A DNA stretch of 64,000 nucleotides from Minisyncoccia bacterium (GTDB lineage Bacteria; Patescibacteriota; Minisyncoccia; Phycocordibacterales; Phycocordibacteraceae). Positions 1-10,629 of the stretch are shown here, piece after piece. The stretch spans positions 86,473 through 150,472 of the forward strand of contig JBEKII010000001.1 of the NCBI GenBank assembly GCA_050011835.1. The letters are read 5' to 3'. How positions within the stretch are numbered: the first letter of the stretch is position 1; each line of letters starts with the position of its first letter. Below the pieces are notes generated by a model that was not told the DNA's origin, made no database searches, and saw only the letters and a program-made list of their open reading frames with translations. Made by a program: the position numbers and the translations under genes.

Positions 1-431
1 GCATCGTAAAGCAAAATGTCCGCCGCCATCAGCATGGGATAATTAAATACGCCGGCATTAATTTCTTTATTTTTCGCTTCTGCATCTTTGTATGCGTGCG
101 CGCGCATCAAATATGGCACAGTGGTAATCGTGTCAAAAATCCACGCGAGTTCGGTATGCGCGGGCACGTCCGATTGTTTGAAGAATACGACGTCTTCTGG
201 ACTAAGACCGATAGCGAGATACGCCATAACAACCTCGCGGGTGCGCCGCCGCATTTCTTCGGCGTCTTTAATCGTCGTCATCGCGTGATAATCGGCGACA
301 AAAATAAACGGGCGATATTTTTCTGTTTGTATCAGCTCAACGAACTGGCGCATCGCGCCAAAATAATTCCCGATATGAATATCGCCGGTCGGCTTCACGC
401 CAGAAACGAGAACAGGTCTTGTGTCAGTCAT
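1..431 (-). CDS. trpS: Tryptophanyl-tRNA synthetase, 5' part (runs off the window start)
   Basis: Manual translation of the minus strand from ATG at 431: MTDTRPVLVSGVKPTGDIHIGNYFGAMRQF...ADYHAMTT...FKQSDVPAHTELAW...FNYPMLMAADILLYDA, with TrpRS HIGN and YPxLMAADIL motifs. Not in the ORF track. Confidence 0.95.
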   Translation of the reverse strand, partial: MTDTRPVLVSGVKPTGDIHIGNYFGAMRQFVELIQTEKYRPFIFVADYHAMTTIKDAEEMRRRTREVVMAYLAIGLSPEDVVFFKQSDVPAHTELAWIFDTITTVPYLMRAHAYKDAEAKNKEINAGVFNYPMLMAADILLYD

Positions 432-459
432 GAAGATATAATATCACGCCTGTCTGCCG

Positions 460-1524
460 TCAGACAGGAAATTCTCTCGCGTAGCGTTCGCAAATTTCTT
501 TGATAAGTCCAGGGCCTTCAAAGACCATGCCGGAGATGAGTTGGATGAGATCGGCGCCGGTGGTGAATTTTTCTATTGCGTCGTCGGGAGTAAGGATACC
601 GCCCACGCCGATGATGGTGAAACGTTTGCCGTAGCGCTCGCGCGTTTTGCGGATAAGGTCGTTTGAAAGCGAAAAACAAGGCGCACCAGAGAGCCCACCG
701 CGAAATTCTTTCGGTGCATCTTCCGGATAGACGAGGTCGCCATACTTTTTATTAAGATTGCCGATAACCAATCCCTGAATCTTATTTTGGTCGGCGATGG
801 CGAGTAGCTCCGCGAACTGCTCCCATGGAACGCTGATGGGCATCTTCAGGTACACCGGTTTATTGCAGGGAACTTCTCGTAACCGCGGCAATAATTGCGC
901 GAGAAGTTTCGGGTCGGTGAATGTTTCGCCGGTGTACGCGTTCGGGCACGAAATATTGATAGTGTAATAATCGCCAATCCCTGCCGCATTTAATTTTTTA
1001 AATGACTCAACGTAGTCGCGTATACCCGCCTCAACGTCAACGGATGCGGCTTTTTCGTTCGTTCGTGCGATTGAGATACCGAGCACAAAACCCGGAACGC
1101 GTGGCGTATGTGAGAGTTTGGCAATGAGCGCATTAACGCCGCGATTGCGGAGTCCTTTGTAGACGACGATGCTTTTGTTGCGGATAAGCCGTATAAATCG
1201 CGGACGCAGATTGCCTTCGCAAACATGCGCCGTTATTGAACCAATTTCTTCGCCACCGAATGAGAGCGAAGGCAATATCTGCATAAGATGCCCATCGGGG
1301 TCAAACCCTGCCGCCAGCAGAATGGGTGTACGATAAGTTATGCCATCAACAACTTTGGAAATATTCCTGTCGTGGTAACTATAAAAAAGTCCGAGAAACC
1401 ATCTTGAAACAGCGAACCGTCCGGCGGTCTCGCCGACAGCCATAAAAAACGCGTGCACCGTATCGGGGCTAAATTTAAATAAAATCGGCTTGAGTAGGCG
1501 ACGGTACAGATTCATATAAAACAA
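460..1524 (-). CDS. pyrD: Dihydroorotate dehydrogenase (quinone, class 2)
   Basis: LAAGFD, NISCPN, GGLSG and IIGVGGI motifs, with an N-terminal membrane-association segment. Confidence 0.9.
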   Translation of the reverse strand: MFYMNLYRRLLKPILFKFSPDTVHAFFMAVGETAGRFAVSRWFLGLFYSYHDRNISKVVDGITYRTPILLAAGFDPDGHLMQILPSLSFGGEEIGSITAHVCEGNLRPRFIRLIRNKSIVVYKGLRNRGVNALIAKLSHTPRVPGFVLGISIARTNEKAASVDVEAGIRDYVESFKKLNAAGIGDYYTINISCPNAYTGETFTDPKLLAQLLPRLREVPCNKPVYLKMPISVPWEQFAELLAIADQNKIQGLVIGNLNKKYGDLVYPEDAPKEFRGGLSGAPCFSLSNDLIRKTRERYGKRFTIIGVGGILTPDDAIEKFTTGADLIQLISGMVFEGPGLIKEICERYAREFPV

Positions 1525-1526
1525 AA

Positions 1527-2081
1527 TTATTCAACCGAATACATTCCGGCGTGGCCAGGAATAATGAAATCGGCAAGTTGCAAAACTTTTTGGCGGCTTT
1601 CTTGAAGTTTCTTTGAGTCAGAAGCATAGGAGTCATTTTCTGGATAGTTTTTCCTCCAAAAGACATCACCACAAATGGCGATAGTGCCCTTTTTTGTCTT
1701 TACAAGAAGGGTGAGGCCATCGTAGTTATGGCCTGGAGTTTTAATGATTTTAATATCATCTGTAAAGTCCTCTTTCCAGTCCTTCACTCCTCCCCCATCC
1801 CAAATGCCAAAATATTCTAATGTTTTAGCGCCGGGGAACATCCCAATGTTTCTATAATGATCAACATGGGAATGAGTTATGAAAACGTAATTAACATCAT
1901 TTATTGTTAGTCCTTCTTTCTTTAGGGCATCAATTAAAATTTTTCGGTTATCTAATACGCCGGGATCACAGACCATCACGGTGTTTTTATCTCTAACAAG
2001 AGTAATTGTCGCGCAGGTCTTCTCATCTCCCGCGGAATCAGTGGTTGTATAACCTGGAACTAAAATTTTGACTTTTGCCAT
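1527..2081 (-). CDS. Metallo-beta-lactamase fold hydrolase
   Basis: THSHVDH, TPGH, CGD and PGH motifs. Start taken at MAKVKIL (2081) because the upstream ORF extension overlaps tRNA-Tyr. Confidence 0.85.
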   Translation of the reverse strand: MAKVKILVPGYTTTDSAGDEKTCATITLVRDKNTVMVCDPGVLDNRKILIDALKKEGLTINDVNYVFITHSHVDHYRNIGMFPGAKTLEYFGIWDGGGVKDWKEDFTDDIKIIKTPGHNYDGLTLLVKTKKGTIAICGDVFWRKNYPENDSYASDSKKLQESRQKVLQLADFIIPGHAGMYSVE

Positions 2082-2093
2082 AATTATTTTTAG

Positions 2094-2177
2094 TGCGCCG
2101 GGTTGGATTCGAACCAACGTAGCCCAGAGGGCGACAGGTTTACAGCCTGTTGCAATTGACCGCTCTGCCACCGACGC
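2094..2177 (-). tRNA. tRNA-Tyr(GTA)
   Basis: GCGTCGG...ACAGG-CT-GTA-AA-CCTGT, long variable arm, GGTTCGAATCC T-arm; CCA not encoded. Confidence 0.95.
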
Positions 2178-2217
2178 AATCCGCCTGATTATATCAGTTT
2201 TTTGCTAGAATACACCC

Positions 2218-2718
2218 GTGACTTCAAAAGATATCGCCATAGGCCCGCTTCTTTTCAGGGACATTGAAGAAGTGGTTCATATATATGCGGAAGTGACAAA
2301 TAACATCTATATCGCTTATGGAGAAGTGGCGGAAGGACTGGCGACCCCGACATCTTTCTCAATTAAGGCACCAAAATTATTTCATCAGGAAATGCGTAGG
2401 TCAATTAAGAATAAAGTACGTAAAGTTTATGTTGCTCGGTACGAAGATGCGACGGTTGGCTTCATCTCCTTGGAGATAAAGGAAGCGCCTGCCGGGCATC
2501 GTGAATGCTGGATACGTGACCTCGGCGTTAAAAAACACTTTCGCCGAATGGGAATAGCAAAGCAATTTATGCGTGAGGCATACGCTTTTGGCAAGCGGCA
2601 CAAAGTAAGATATTTCTTCCTTGAATCAGGCGAGCGTAATACGGGAGCGCATCAGTTTTTTAACCGAGAAGGATTTTCTCCTCTCTCAACTATTTTTGTT
2701 AAAAAAGTTGTTAATTGA
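2218..2718 (+). CDS. GNAT family N-acetyltransferase
   Basis: LGVKKHFRRMGIAK acetyl-CoA motif A and a N..A..FF.R.GF motif. Confidence 0.85.
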   Translation: MTSKDIAIGPLLFRDIEEVVHIYAEVTNNIYIAYGEVAEGLATPTSFSIKAPKLFHQEMRRSIKNKVRKVYVARYEDATVGFISLEIKEAPAGHRECWIRDLGVKKHFRRMGIAKQFMREAYAFGKRHKVRYFFLESGERNTGAHQFFNREGFSPLSTIFVKKVVN

Positions 2719-3972
2719 TTATTTTAAAACGAGAATAAGCACGTTTTGCTTGCCTTTGCGCACGAGCGCGTAGCCGCCGGGCAAGTCACCCGGAAAAAGT
2801 TTTTGGTCGGGATTTTCTATCGGGAAGCCGGAGAGCGTAATGCCCTTCCCTTCTATCAAGCGGCGCGCATCTGATTTGGAGGATGCAAGGCCTCCTGCTA
2901 CGAGCGCTTCGGCGAGCGGAGAACCCTTTTCAAGTTCTTGCCGTGTAAATTTCACTGTCGGCGCTTCGGCGAATGCGACGGTGCGCGCTTCGTGCGAAAG
3001 TTCTCTGAAAGACGTATCACCAAAAAGCGCATCGCTCGCGGCGGCAATTTGGGCGGCGGCCGCAGGTCCATGTACGATTTCCGTCACTAGCCGCGCGAGC
3101 GTTTCTTGCGCCTGTCGTTCATCTGGACTGCGGCGATGCAGTTCCATGAGCGCGTCAATTTCGGAAAGCGGCAAAAAAGTATAAACTTCAAGGTATTTTT
3201 CAATATCCGTATCCGGAAGATGCATCCAAAATTGGTAAAAACGAAATGGCGAGGTTTTCTTCGGGTTAAGCCATATTGCGTTTCCTTCTGATTTGCCGAA
3301 TTTCTTGCCGGTTAAATCGGTGATGAGCGGCATGGTGAACGCATACACATTTTTACCTAGCTTTTTATGAATTAAATCAACACCTGACAGAATGTTCGTC
3401 CATTGGTCGGAGGCGCCTACTTGAAGATTGCATCCGTATTTTTGATACAATGTCAAATAATCAAATCCTTGCAAAAGCGCGTAAGTAAATTCAGCATGCG
3501 AAATGCTTTCATCCGGCGTTTCAAGGCGCTTCTTAATAAGGTCGCGTTTAATCAGATCATTGACGGTAAAATACTTGCCAACATCGCGCAGAAATGGCAC
3601 AAGCTTTTCTTTCAAGAGCCAGTCGGCATTGTCAACAATCTTGAATGGCGTGGTGCCGAGAATTTTTTTGAATTGTGCTTTAATCGCTCGAGTATTTTTG
3701 GCGACGGTCTTTTCATCAAGCATCGGACGCTCGCCTTTTTCCTTCGGATCTCCGATCATTCCAGTGCCACCGCCGACGAGAAAGATGAGCTTATGTCCGG
3801 CATCGCCGAGCCGTTTCATCAGAAGAATGGCAGCTAAATTTCCTATTTGCAATGAATCGGCGCTTGGGTCAAATCCGTTGTACACTGTCCGCGGAGCGGA
3901 AAGGATTTGTTCTATTGGTGCGGAGGAGAACTCAACGAGCCCACGCTTTTTCAATTCTTCAGCAAGAGTCAT
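2719..3972 (-). CDS. tyrS: Tyrosyl-tRNA synthetase
   Basis: YNGFDPSADSLQIGN, LQGFDY, GASDQW and KFGKS motifs; C-terminal S4-like domain. Confidence 0.97.
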   Translation of the reverse strand: MTLAEELKKRGLVEFSSAPIEQILSAPRTVYNGFDPSADSLQIGNLAAILLMKRLGDAGHKLIFLVGGGTGMIGDPKEKGERPMLDEKTVAKNTRAIKAQFKKILGTTPFKIVDNADWLLKEKLVPFLRDVGKYFTVNDLIKRDLIKKRLETPDESISHAEFTYALLQGFDYLTLYQKYGCNLQVGASDQWTNILSGVDLIHKKLGKNVYAFTMPLITDLTGKKFGKSEGNAIWLNPKKTSPFRFYQFWMHLPDTDIEKYLEVYTFLPLSEIDALMELHRRSPDERQAQETLARLVTEIVHGPAAAAQIAAASDALFGDTSFRELSHEARTVAFAEAPTVKFTRQELEKGSPLAEALVAGGLASSKSDARRLIEGKGITLSGFPIENPDQKLFPGDLPGGYALVRKGKQNVLILVLK

Positions 3973-4011
3973 GTGAGAATTATACCATTTATGGTGAACA
4001 AAATTGAGTCA

Positions 4012-4533
4012 TTAATGCGCGAAAAATAAGAGACCGACAGCAGGTCCAGAAAACCACCAGAAGAAATACTTCTCCGGCGTAAAGAGCGCGGCGACGGCTG
4101 GGGTAAATTGATATATTGGGGATAGAGAGAAAACATGATATGCAATCGCAATGAGAAAAGCCGCGCCGAGGAACGAAAGCGCGGCGAGTCCAATTTTTCC
4201 AATGTAAAGAAAATCAGAAATAATAACGTGCCGCAAAATTATGAAGAATATAAGCACAAAGGCGATATAAAGGCCAGCATGCGCGAGAAAGGCGGTAAGA
4301 GCGGGCGTTACTGGAAGAAGTGATGTATAGGGAAATGTGACATAGATTGCATATGCGGCGTAGAACGCGAAGAGGAGCCCGACAAACGGACCGTGCCCGA
4401 TATACCATGCAAAAAGAAAAAGAATAACAAGTAGCACGAGCACGATAAAGAAATCGTTTGCCATCGCCCACGCCGAAAGCGCCGTGTGCGTTGCGAGCGT
4501 GCTTATATGTGTGATGCTATCAGTAGTAGTCAT
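4012..4533 (-). CDS. Hypothetical multi-pass membrane protein
   Basis: 173 aa with several hydrophobic segments; a -10-like TGATACT lies just upstream. Confidence 0.7.
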   Translation of the reverse strand: MTTTDSITHISTLATHTALSAWAMANDFFIVLVLLVILFLFAWYIGHGPFVGLLFAFYAAYAIYVTFPYTSLLPVTPALTAFLAHAGLYIAFVLIFFIILRHVIISDFLYIGKIGLAALSFLGAAFLIAIAYHVFSLSPIYQFTPAVAALFTPEKYFFWWFSGPAVGLLFFAH

Positions 4534-4546
4534 GTTAATAACAGTA

Positions 4547-5155
4547 TCATAAGGATATCCCGATATTTTTCAGGTCTGCGACAAGTTGTTCATTATTTTT
4601 GAATAAGACAGAAACATAACCGATTTCACTCGCTTTCTCTAAACTCCTGGATGAATCGTCAATAAAAATTACTTCTTCAGGCTGAAGATCAAGTTTTTCA
4701 AATAATACTTGAAATGCTTCTTTGTGAGGTTTTTGAAATCCTATTTCGCCGGAAATAACGATAACATCTACTAATTCGGCTATCCCGTTCAGATTTAATT
4801 TTTCTCTTAATTCTGAAGTCGCGTTACTTAAAATCCCAATCTTCAATCCCAATTGTCGTAATTTCGGGAATAAAGCGATTAAACCGGTGTTAATTTTTCC
4901 TTCTGAATGATGCGCCCGCACCATTGAAATGATTTCATTTTCCTTTTCTGTACTGACATTAAAAACTGATAGAACTTTTCGAAACATCTCGTACCAGTCA
5001 AGATTCATCACATTTGCGAGATGGTTGTGCTGAAAATAGACATTTTTAAATTCGTCATGCGGAACACCTAACAATTTAGCAGTGCTTTTCAAAGCTCCTT
5101 CATTTTCATACAGTTCTATGACACCACCAAAATCAAAAACTATTGCTTTTATCAT
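4547..5155 (-). CDS. HAD family phosphatase
   Basis: FDFGGV, LSN, QKP and FIDD HAD motifs. Confidence 0.9.
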   Translation of the reverse strand: MIKAIVFDFGGVIELYENEGALKSTAKLLGVPHDEFKNVYFQHNHLANVMNLDWYEMFRKVLSVFNVSTEKENEIISMVRAHHSEGKINTGLIALFPKLRQLGLKIGILSNATSELREKLNLNGIAELVDVIVISGEIGFQKPHKEAFQVLFEKLDLQPEEVIFIDDSSRSLEKASEIGYVSVLFKNNEQLVADLKNIGISL

Positions 5156-5163
5156 GAGTTATT

Positions 5164-6255
5164 CTAGAGCCCTTCGGTTTTTAAATCCTCAACTGCTTTT
5201 TTCGCCTTGCCCGAAAGTTTCTGTGGGAATGCGGTTTCCAAACGGATAATGAGATCGCCGCGGCCGCTTTCGCTCGGAATACCTTTTCCCGCGATACGCA
5301 AAAGTTCTTCCGCGCGCTTCATCGGCGGAATTTTTACTTCCAACATTTTCCCCTCCAATGTTTCAATAGAAGCAATAGTGCCGAGAAGCGCATCGGTAAG
5401 CTTCAGCGGCAATCGCATAACCAGATTTAATCCTTCGCGGCGGAAAACTGAATGCGGCTTCACATGGACTTTCACATACAAATCGCCGGCGACGCCTGTT
5501 TTGACCGCTTCTCCCTGCTGCGGCAGACGTATCATTCCACCATTATCAATTCCCGCCGGGATGTTTATATGGATTTCCTCTTCTTTACGCCGTGTGCCAC
5601 GGCCCTTGCATTCCGGACACTTTTCTTTCGGCACTTTACCTTTTCCATCGCAGGCGGTGCAGACGCGCACAGAGGTAAATTGCCCGAGGATGGAGTTACG
5701 CGTTTCGTGGACACGGCCACTACCGTTACAAATTGCGCACGTTTCAAACTCGGTGTCGGATTTTGCTCCGGTACCGCGGCAGAGAGGACACGTTGAGATT
5801 TTCGCGATTAAGACATTTCGCATTGTGCCAAATGCTGCTTCCTTGAATGAAATTTCCAGGTCAAGGGAAATATCGCGGCCCCTCGTTGCCGCTCGGGACG
5901 TTCCGCCGCGCCTACCGCCGAATATATCGCCAAAAATATCGCCGAAATCAAACTCCATTCCTCCTTGTCCGAAACCTTGTTGGAACTGAGAGAAATCAAA
6001 TCCCGAGAATGGACTACCTTGCCCTCCCGAAGGCCCTGAGGCTCCTGCAAAGGACTGACCATACATGTCATACTCGCGACGCTTCTTGTCATCGCTTAAG
6101 ACCGCATAGGCCTCGGTGATTTCTTTAAACTTTGATTCGTCCGTACCGCCTTTGTCGGGATGATATTTGAGCGCAAGACGCCGGAACGCTTTTTTAATAT
6201 CGTCCTTAGTCGCCTTCTTATCAACGCCCAATACGTTGTAATAATCTTTCGCCAT
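5164..6255 (-). CDS. dnaJ: Chaperone DnaJ
   Basis: J domain with HPD, G/F-rich region, four CxxCxGxG repeats. Confidence 0.97.
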   Translation of the reverse strand: MAKDYYNVLGVDKKATKDDIKKAFRRLALKYHPDKGGTDESKFKEITEAYAVLSDDKKRREYDMYGQSFAGASGPSGGQGSPFSGFDFSQFQQGFGQGGMEFDFGDIFGDIFGGRRGGTSRAATRGRDISLDLEISFKEAAFGTMRNVLIAKISTCPLCRGTGAKSDTEFETCAICNGSGRVHETRNSILGQFTSVRVCTACDGKGKVPKEKCPECKGRGTRRKEEEIHINIPAGIDNGGMIRLPQQGEAVKTGVAGDLYVKVHVKPHSVFRREGLNLVMRLPLKLTDALLGTIASIETLEGKMLEVKIPPMKRAEELLRIAGKGIPSESGRGDLIIRLETAFPQKLSGKAKKAVEDLKTEGL

Positions 6256-6349
6256 AATTTACAATTATACGCCTCCTGCTTTTTGTATGCAAAACAAAAG
6301 TTCCAGGCGCTATCTGCTTGCGCCTGGAACTCGACACCCCCCTCGTCAA

Positions 6350-6493
6350 TTATTGTCCAAGATGACGACGAAGCCAAGCCTGACCACCCTTAATGATCTT
6401 TGACTGTTGGTAAGAAGCGTAGCTAGAGAACACAAATGCTAATCCGCATACTACAACACCAACGACAACAAGAGTTTTCAATAACGTATCCAT
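6350..6493 (-). CDS. Small hypothetical membrane protein (about 47 aa)
   Basis: MDTLLK start after a purine-rich SD-like tract; one TM segment; own promoter upstream and a hairpin downstream (about 6299-6331). Confidence 0.45.
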   Translation of the reverse strand: MDTLLKTLVVVGVVVCGLAFVFSSYASYQQSKIIKGGQAWLRRHLGQ

Positions 6494-6538
6494 ATGAACT
6501 TCCTTTCTTTTAACGGAATATTTGATCTGTCTGCTTAC

Positions 6539-6568
6539 ATTATATATACAAACCAATTAAACTGTCAA
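6539..6568 (-). promoter_or_regulatory. Sigma70-type promoter
   Basis: TTGACA-N18-TATAAT on the minus strand. Confidence 0.6.
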
Positions 6569-6599
6569 GCCCCCGCGGCGCGAAGCGCTGCGGGGGCTT
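6567..6599 (-). terminator. Hairpin terminator after dnaK
   Basis: Inverted repeat aagcccccgcggcgc-gaa-gcgctgcgggggctt. Confidence 0.65.
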
Positions 6600-6620
6600 A
6601 TTTTCCTATTGTTTTGATGA

Positions 6621-8484
6621 TTACGGTTTTTCTTTAAATTCCGCATCCACAGGCCCGGTGGATTCAGGAGGATTTTGTCCACCACTATCGCCCGAAGGCG
6701 GAGTTTGGTTCTTCATCATCGCCTCGCCGATTTTCATAAGCATTTGCGAGAGCGCGTCAGTCGCGCCTTTAATCGTTGACGGATCTTCGCTATTGCGTGC
6801 CGTCTTCAGAGCGTCAATTTTATCCTGCACCTCCTTCACCACTTCGGCACCGGCCTTTGCGCCATTTTCTCTTATCGCCTTTTCGGCTGCATAAATAGCT
6901 TGGTCGGCAATGTTGCGCGCTTCAACAAGTTCTTTACGTTTCTCATCGTCCGCCGTATGCGCTTCGGCATCGGCTTTCATTTTTTCAATATCGTCTTTAG
7001 AAAGTCCAGTTGAGCCGGTAATCTTTATTGATTGTTCTTTGCCGGTCGTTTTTTCTTTTGCTTTCAATGTCAAACGTCACTTCAATTTGCGGCATGCCGC
7101 GCGGCGCCGGCGGTATTCCATCCAACATAAATTTCCCGAGCGATTTGTTATCGGCGCTCATGGCGCGCTCGCCCTGCGTGATGTGAATCTCAACCGAGGG
7201 CTGATTATCTGCCGCGGTGGAAAAAGTTTGCGTGCGACTGGTTGGGATCGCCGTGTTGCGCTCAATGATTTTCGTCGCAACGCCACCCATTGTCTCTATG
7301 GCGAGCGAGAGCGGAATGACATCCACGAGCAAAATATCTTTGACATCGCCCTGGAGAATGCCCGCCTGAATGGCGGCGCCGACGGCGACCACTTCGTCCG
7401 GATTGACGCTCATATTCGGCTTCTTGCCGAAGAACTTCTCAACCTGCGCCTGGATCGCGGGCATACGCGTTTGGCCGCCAACGAGAATAACTTCGTTAAT
7501 TTCTCCTATTTTAAAAGGTGAGGCCTCCATCGCGCGCCTCGTGATAGTCATTGCGCGTTCAATGAATTCGCCCGCGAGGTCTTCAAGTTTCGCACGTGTC
7601 ATCTTAATGAGCATGTGGCGCGGGCCGGAGGCGTCGCTCGTGAGGAATGGAATATTAATTTCCGTTTCCATCGCACTAGAGAGTTCTATCTTCGCCTTTT
7701 CGGCGGCTTCGTCCAAGCGCTGGCGCGCGAGCGCGTCGGAACGCACATCAATGCCGCTTTCCCTTTTAAACTCATCCGCGAGCCAGTTGATAATTTTTTG
7801 GTCAATGTCCTTGCCGCCCAGATGCGCATCACCGTCGGTACTTTTCACTTCAATCACGTCACCGCCCACATCAAGCACGGAGATGTCAAACGTGCCGCCG
7901 CCGAAATCAAAGACCGCGATTTTCTCATCTTTTTTCTTGTTGAAACCGTACGCGAGCGCGGCCGCCGTCGGCTCATTAATAATGCGCTTGACTTCAAGGC
8001 CGGCAATCTGCCCCGCGGCCTTGGTCGCGCTGCGCTGGTCGTCGTTAAAATATGCAGGAACAGTGATGACCGCCTCGGTTATTTTTTCGCCCAGTTTCGC
8101 TTCGGCATCGGTTTTTAATTTTCCGAGGATCATCGCCGAAATTTCTTCGGGGCGGTACCATTTGTCCGTCATTTTTACTTCAATGCCGCCGTTGTCGGTC
8201 TTGCGCATTTCAAAAGGAACTGCAGCCCTATCCTTCTGGACCGCCGGCTCATCAAAACGATGGCCAATAAAGCGCTTGATTTGATAGATGGTGTTGAGCG
8301 GATTCGTAACCGATTGTCGCTTGGCAAGCGTGCCGACGATGCGCTCGCTATTCTTCCCTACCGCGACGATAGAAGGAGTCGTGCGCGCGCCCTCGGCATT
8401 CTCCAGGACACGCGGCTCGCCGCCTTCCACAATCGCCATCGCAGAATTCGTCGTGCCTAAATCAATGCCAAGAATTTTTGCCAT
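6621..8484 (-). pseudogene. dnaK: Chaperone DnaK, split by a frameshifting deletion near 7065 (real lesion or assembly error)
   Basis: ORF 6997..8484 (GIDLGTTNS...PQIEVTFDI) and ORF 6621..7073 ([13 protein letters not shown]...) are consecutive DnaK parts; the conserved DANGILxV between them is absent. Confidence 0.9.
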
Positions 8485-8509
8485 ATGTTTTTAAAGTTAT
8501 AGATATATT

Positions 8510-9055
8510 TTACGCCTTTTGTTCATCACTTGCAAAGTGTGCGATGCGGACTTTTGCAGGACGAATAACAAAATCGCCTACTTCCCATCCCTTCTCTAAT
8601 ACGGCGGTAATGGTATCGTCTGTTTCAGCATTTTCTGTCGGGTCCTGCGCGAACGCTTCGTGCAATGCGGGATCAAACGGTTCGCCAACTTTCCCTATTT
8701 CCTTCAATCCAAGTGTTGCGAATGCGTTTTCAATCTGTCGGGCAATCGCCAAGAACCCTTCCGGGATTTCGCCGTGCTCCTTTGCCCTTTCTAGCGCATC
8801 AAACGCTGGCAGAAGCGTTTCCACTGCTTTTATTTTCCCGCGCAACTCCGACGCTTTAGCGTCTCCCTCAAATCTTTTCAGCGCATTCACATAATCCGCT
8901 TTCGCCCTCTGCCAACCATCCATATACTCCTGCTTCTCCTTCCGGCACACATTCAGCTCTTCCCGCATCTTCGCGATTTTTTGTTCCGGCTTTTCTTCCG
9001 CGCCCTCCTCTTCGTGTTCCGGCTCTACGACAACATCATCTTTTTCTTCACCCAT
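8510..9055 (-). CDS. grpE: Nucleotide exchange factor GrpE
   Basis: RAKADYVN, GEPFDPALHEA and VIRPAKV motifs; upstream of dnaK. Confidence 0.95.
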   Translation of the reverse strand: MGEEKDDVVVEPEHEEEGAEEKPEQKIAKMREELNVCRKEKQEYMDGWQRAKADYVNALKRFEGDAKASELRGKIKAVETLLPAFDALERAKEHGEIPEGFLAIARQIENAFATLGLKEIGKVGEPFDPALHEAFAQDPTENAETDDTITAVLEKGWEVGDFVIRPAKVRIAHFASDEQKA

Positions 9056-9169
9056 CTTTCCAGTATGCCTGAAAATATTTTGTTAGTCAAAACACAAAGG
9101 CCACGGAATACCTTTCAACATCCGCGGCCTGTTCTACTTAGCTAAACTTATAACCGAGGGGGAAATATA

Positions 9170-9424
9170 TCATCTCGGGGTACAAACCACTTCTTCTACG
9201 GGATATACAGGCTGTACCAAGGCATTTAGATGGATTGCGGTTATTCGGTTACCACAAAACGAGAGTTCCATTTGGCCCCGCGTCCGCAACCAAAAATTCG
9301 GTCGTCCAAAGAATTCAAAACCGTTTTCCTTAAGCCACTGTCCCGCAAGATCTGGGGATTTAAACGGCCCAACATTCCCGTGATGCTCACGAGTTATTCC
9401 GTCCTCAATATATATGATGTGCAT
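9170..9424 (-). CDS. Hypothetical protein (orphan)
   Basis: 84 aa ORF with strong SD (AAGGAGG) and a downstream hairpin. Confidence 0.6.
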   Translation of the reverse strand: MHIIYIEDGITREHHGNVGPFKSPDLAGQWLKENGFEFFGRPNFWLRTRGQMELSFCGNRITAIHLNALVQPVYPVEEVVCTPR

Positions 9425-9491
9425 GTCTCTCCTCCTTTCTTCGTTTTTCTTCGTCTATTTATATTTAATAACACTTATAAATAAAAAGCAA

Positions 9492-9887
9492 CTAGCGTTT
9501 GCTCCACTGTGGTGCCTTCCTTGCTTTCTTGAGGCCCGGCTTTTTGCGTTCCTTAGCGCGCGGGTCGCGCTTGAGGAAATGAGCGGCCTTGAGAACCGCG
9601 CGCGTTTTCGGTTCCGCTTTAATTAACGCGCGAGAAATAGCGTGGCGTAGCGCATCAGCTTGCGCGGCAACGCCACCGCCCTCCACATGCGCGATGACCA
9701 CATAATGTTCGGCGCTTTCGGCTATTGAAAGCGCTTCTTCGGCGACTTTCGCGCGCTCATTCGTTCTGAAATAATCCTTTGCACTTTTCCCGTTTACTAA
9801 AACGCTATTCTTCTCGGCAGGAATCATGCGCACGCTTGCGATGGCGGCCTTCCGGCGTCCGACGGCGGTGATAAAGTTCGTTGCCAT
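9492..9887 (-). CDS. rpsI: 30S ribosomal protein S9
   Basis: GRRK at the N-terminus; RDPRAKERKKPGLKKARKAPQWSKR at the C-terminus. Confidence 0.97.
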   Translation of the reverse strand: MATNFITAVGRRKAAIASVRMIPAEKNSVLVNGKSAKDYFRTNERAKVAEEALSIAESAEHYVVIAHVEGGGVAAQADALRHAISRALIKAEPKTRAVLKAAHFLKRDPRAKERKKPGLKKARKAPQWSKR

Positions 9888-9888
9888 A

Positions 9889-10260
9889 TTATTCTTTGAC
9901 GATGAGATTTTTCATTCGCGGGGTGCGGAGTTTATTGTGCGGAACCATCCCGTCTACCGTTTTCCTGACGACCTCGGTAATGCCTTTCTTCGCAATCATT
10001 TCTTCCATGCTGGTTTTATACAGCCCTCCCGGGTAACCGGTGTAACGCGTATAGATGGTGCCTTGCGTGCGACGCGTGGGAAGATGCAATTTACTCGCGT
10101 TGGTGATGGTGACCGTCACTGGTATTACTTGATTCTTCGCGAAATGTACCGAGCGCTTGCCCAAAAGCGCGTGCGCTGCCTCGCTCGCTACGCGCCCGAG
10201 GGTGCGGTCGGTCGCATCAATTGTGTATGTTGTCGGCTGCGGTTTTGTGTTGCTGGTCAT
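9889..10260 (-). CDS. rplM: 50S ribosomal protein L13
   Basis: IDATDRTLGRVAS, YTGYPGG and GMVP motifs. Confidence 0.95.
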   Translation of the reverse strand: MTSNTKPQPTTYTIDATDRTLGRVASEAAHALLGKRSVHFAKNQVIPVTVTITNASKLHLPTRRTQGTIYTRYTGYPGGLYKTSMEEMIAKKGITEVVRKTVDGMVPHNKLRTPRMKNLIVKE

Positions 10261-10275
10261 ACGGAGATAGGGATA

Positions 10276-10626
10276 CTAGACAAAGGCGATATACGCAAGT
10301 TTTCGGGCGTCGTTGCTGCCTCGCTTGGCGCGCTTCACCACGCGTGTATATCCGCCGGCGCGCTTCTCGTATCGCGGCCCAATTGAGTCAAAAAGTTTTT
10401 TCACCGCGACGTCATCAACGAGATGCGCTTTCGCGAGACGGCGGCTCGCGAGCGTATTTTTCTTCGCGTACGTCACCAGACGTTCAACAAACGGGCGCAG
10501 TGCCTTCGCTTTTGCCTCGGTGGTTGAAATGCGCTCTTTTATTATCAACGAACGCGCGAGGGAACGCATAAGCGCCCGATACTGATTGCTCGGGCGGCTG
10601 AAACGTGCCTTACGGGCGAATGTCAT
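10276..10626 (-). CDS. rplQ: 50S ribosomal protein L17
   Basis: ERISTTEAKAKALR and RAGGYTRV motifs. Confidence 0.96.
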   Translation of the reverse strand: MTFARKARFSRPSNQYRALMRSLARSLIIKERISTTEAKAKALRPFVERLVTYAKKNTLASRRLAKAHLVDDVAVKKLFDSIGPRYEKRAGGYTRVVKRAKRGSNDARKLAYIAFV

Positions 10627-10629
10627 ATG

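Noticed and set aside
2082-2171. N-terminal extension of the MBL hydrolase ORF
   Set aside because: It is a translation of the tRNA-Tyr gene.
5207-8284. Long + strand ORFs opposite dnaJ and dnaK (and similar ones opposite leuS, uvrA and uvrB)
   Set aside because: These are antisense shadow frames of conserved genes with no recognisable motifs.
6621-8484. Programmed ribosomal frameshift in dnaK
   Set aside because: Conserved residues are physically missing at the junction, so recoding could not restore the protein.
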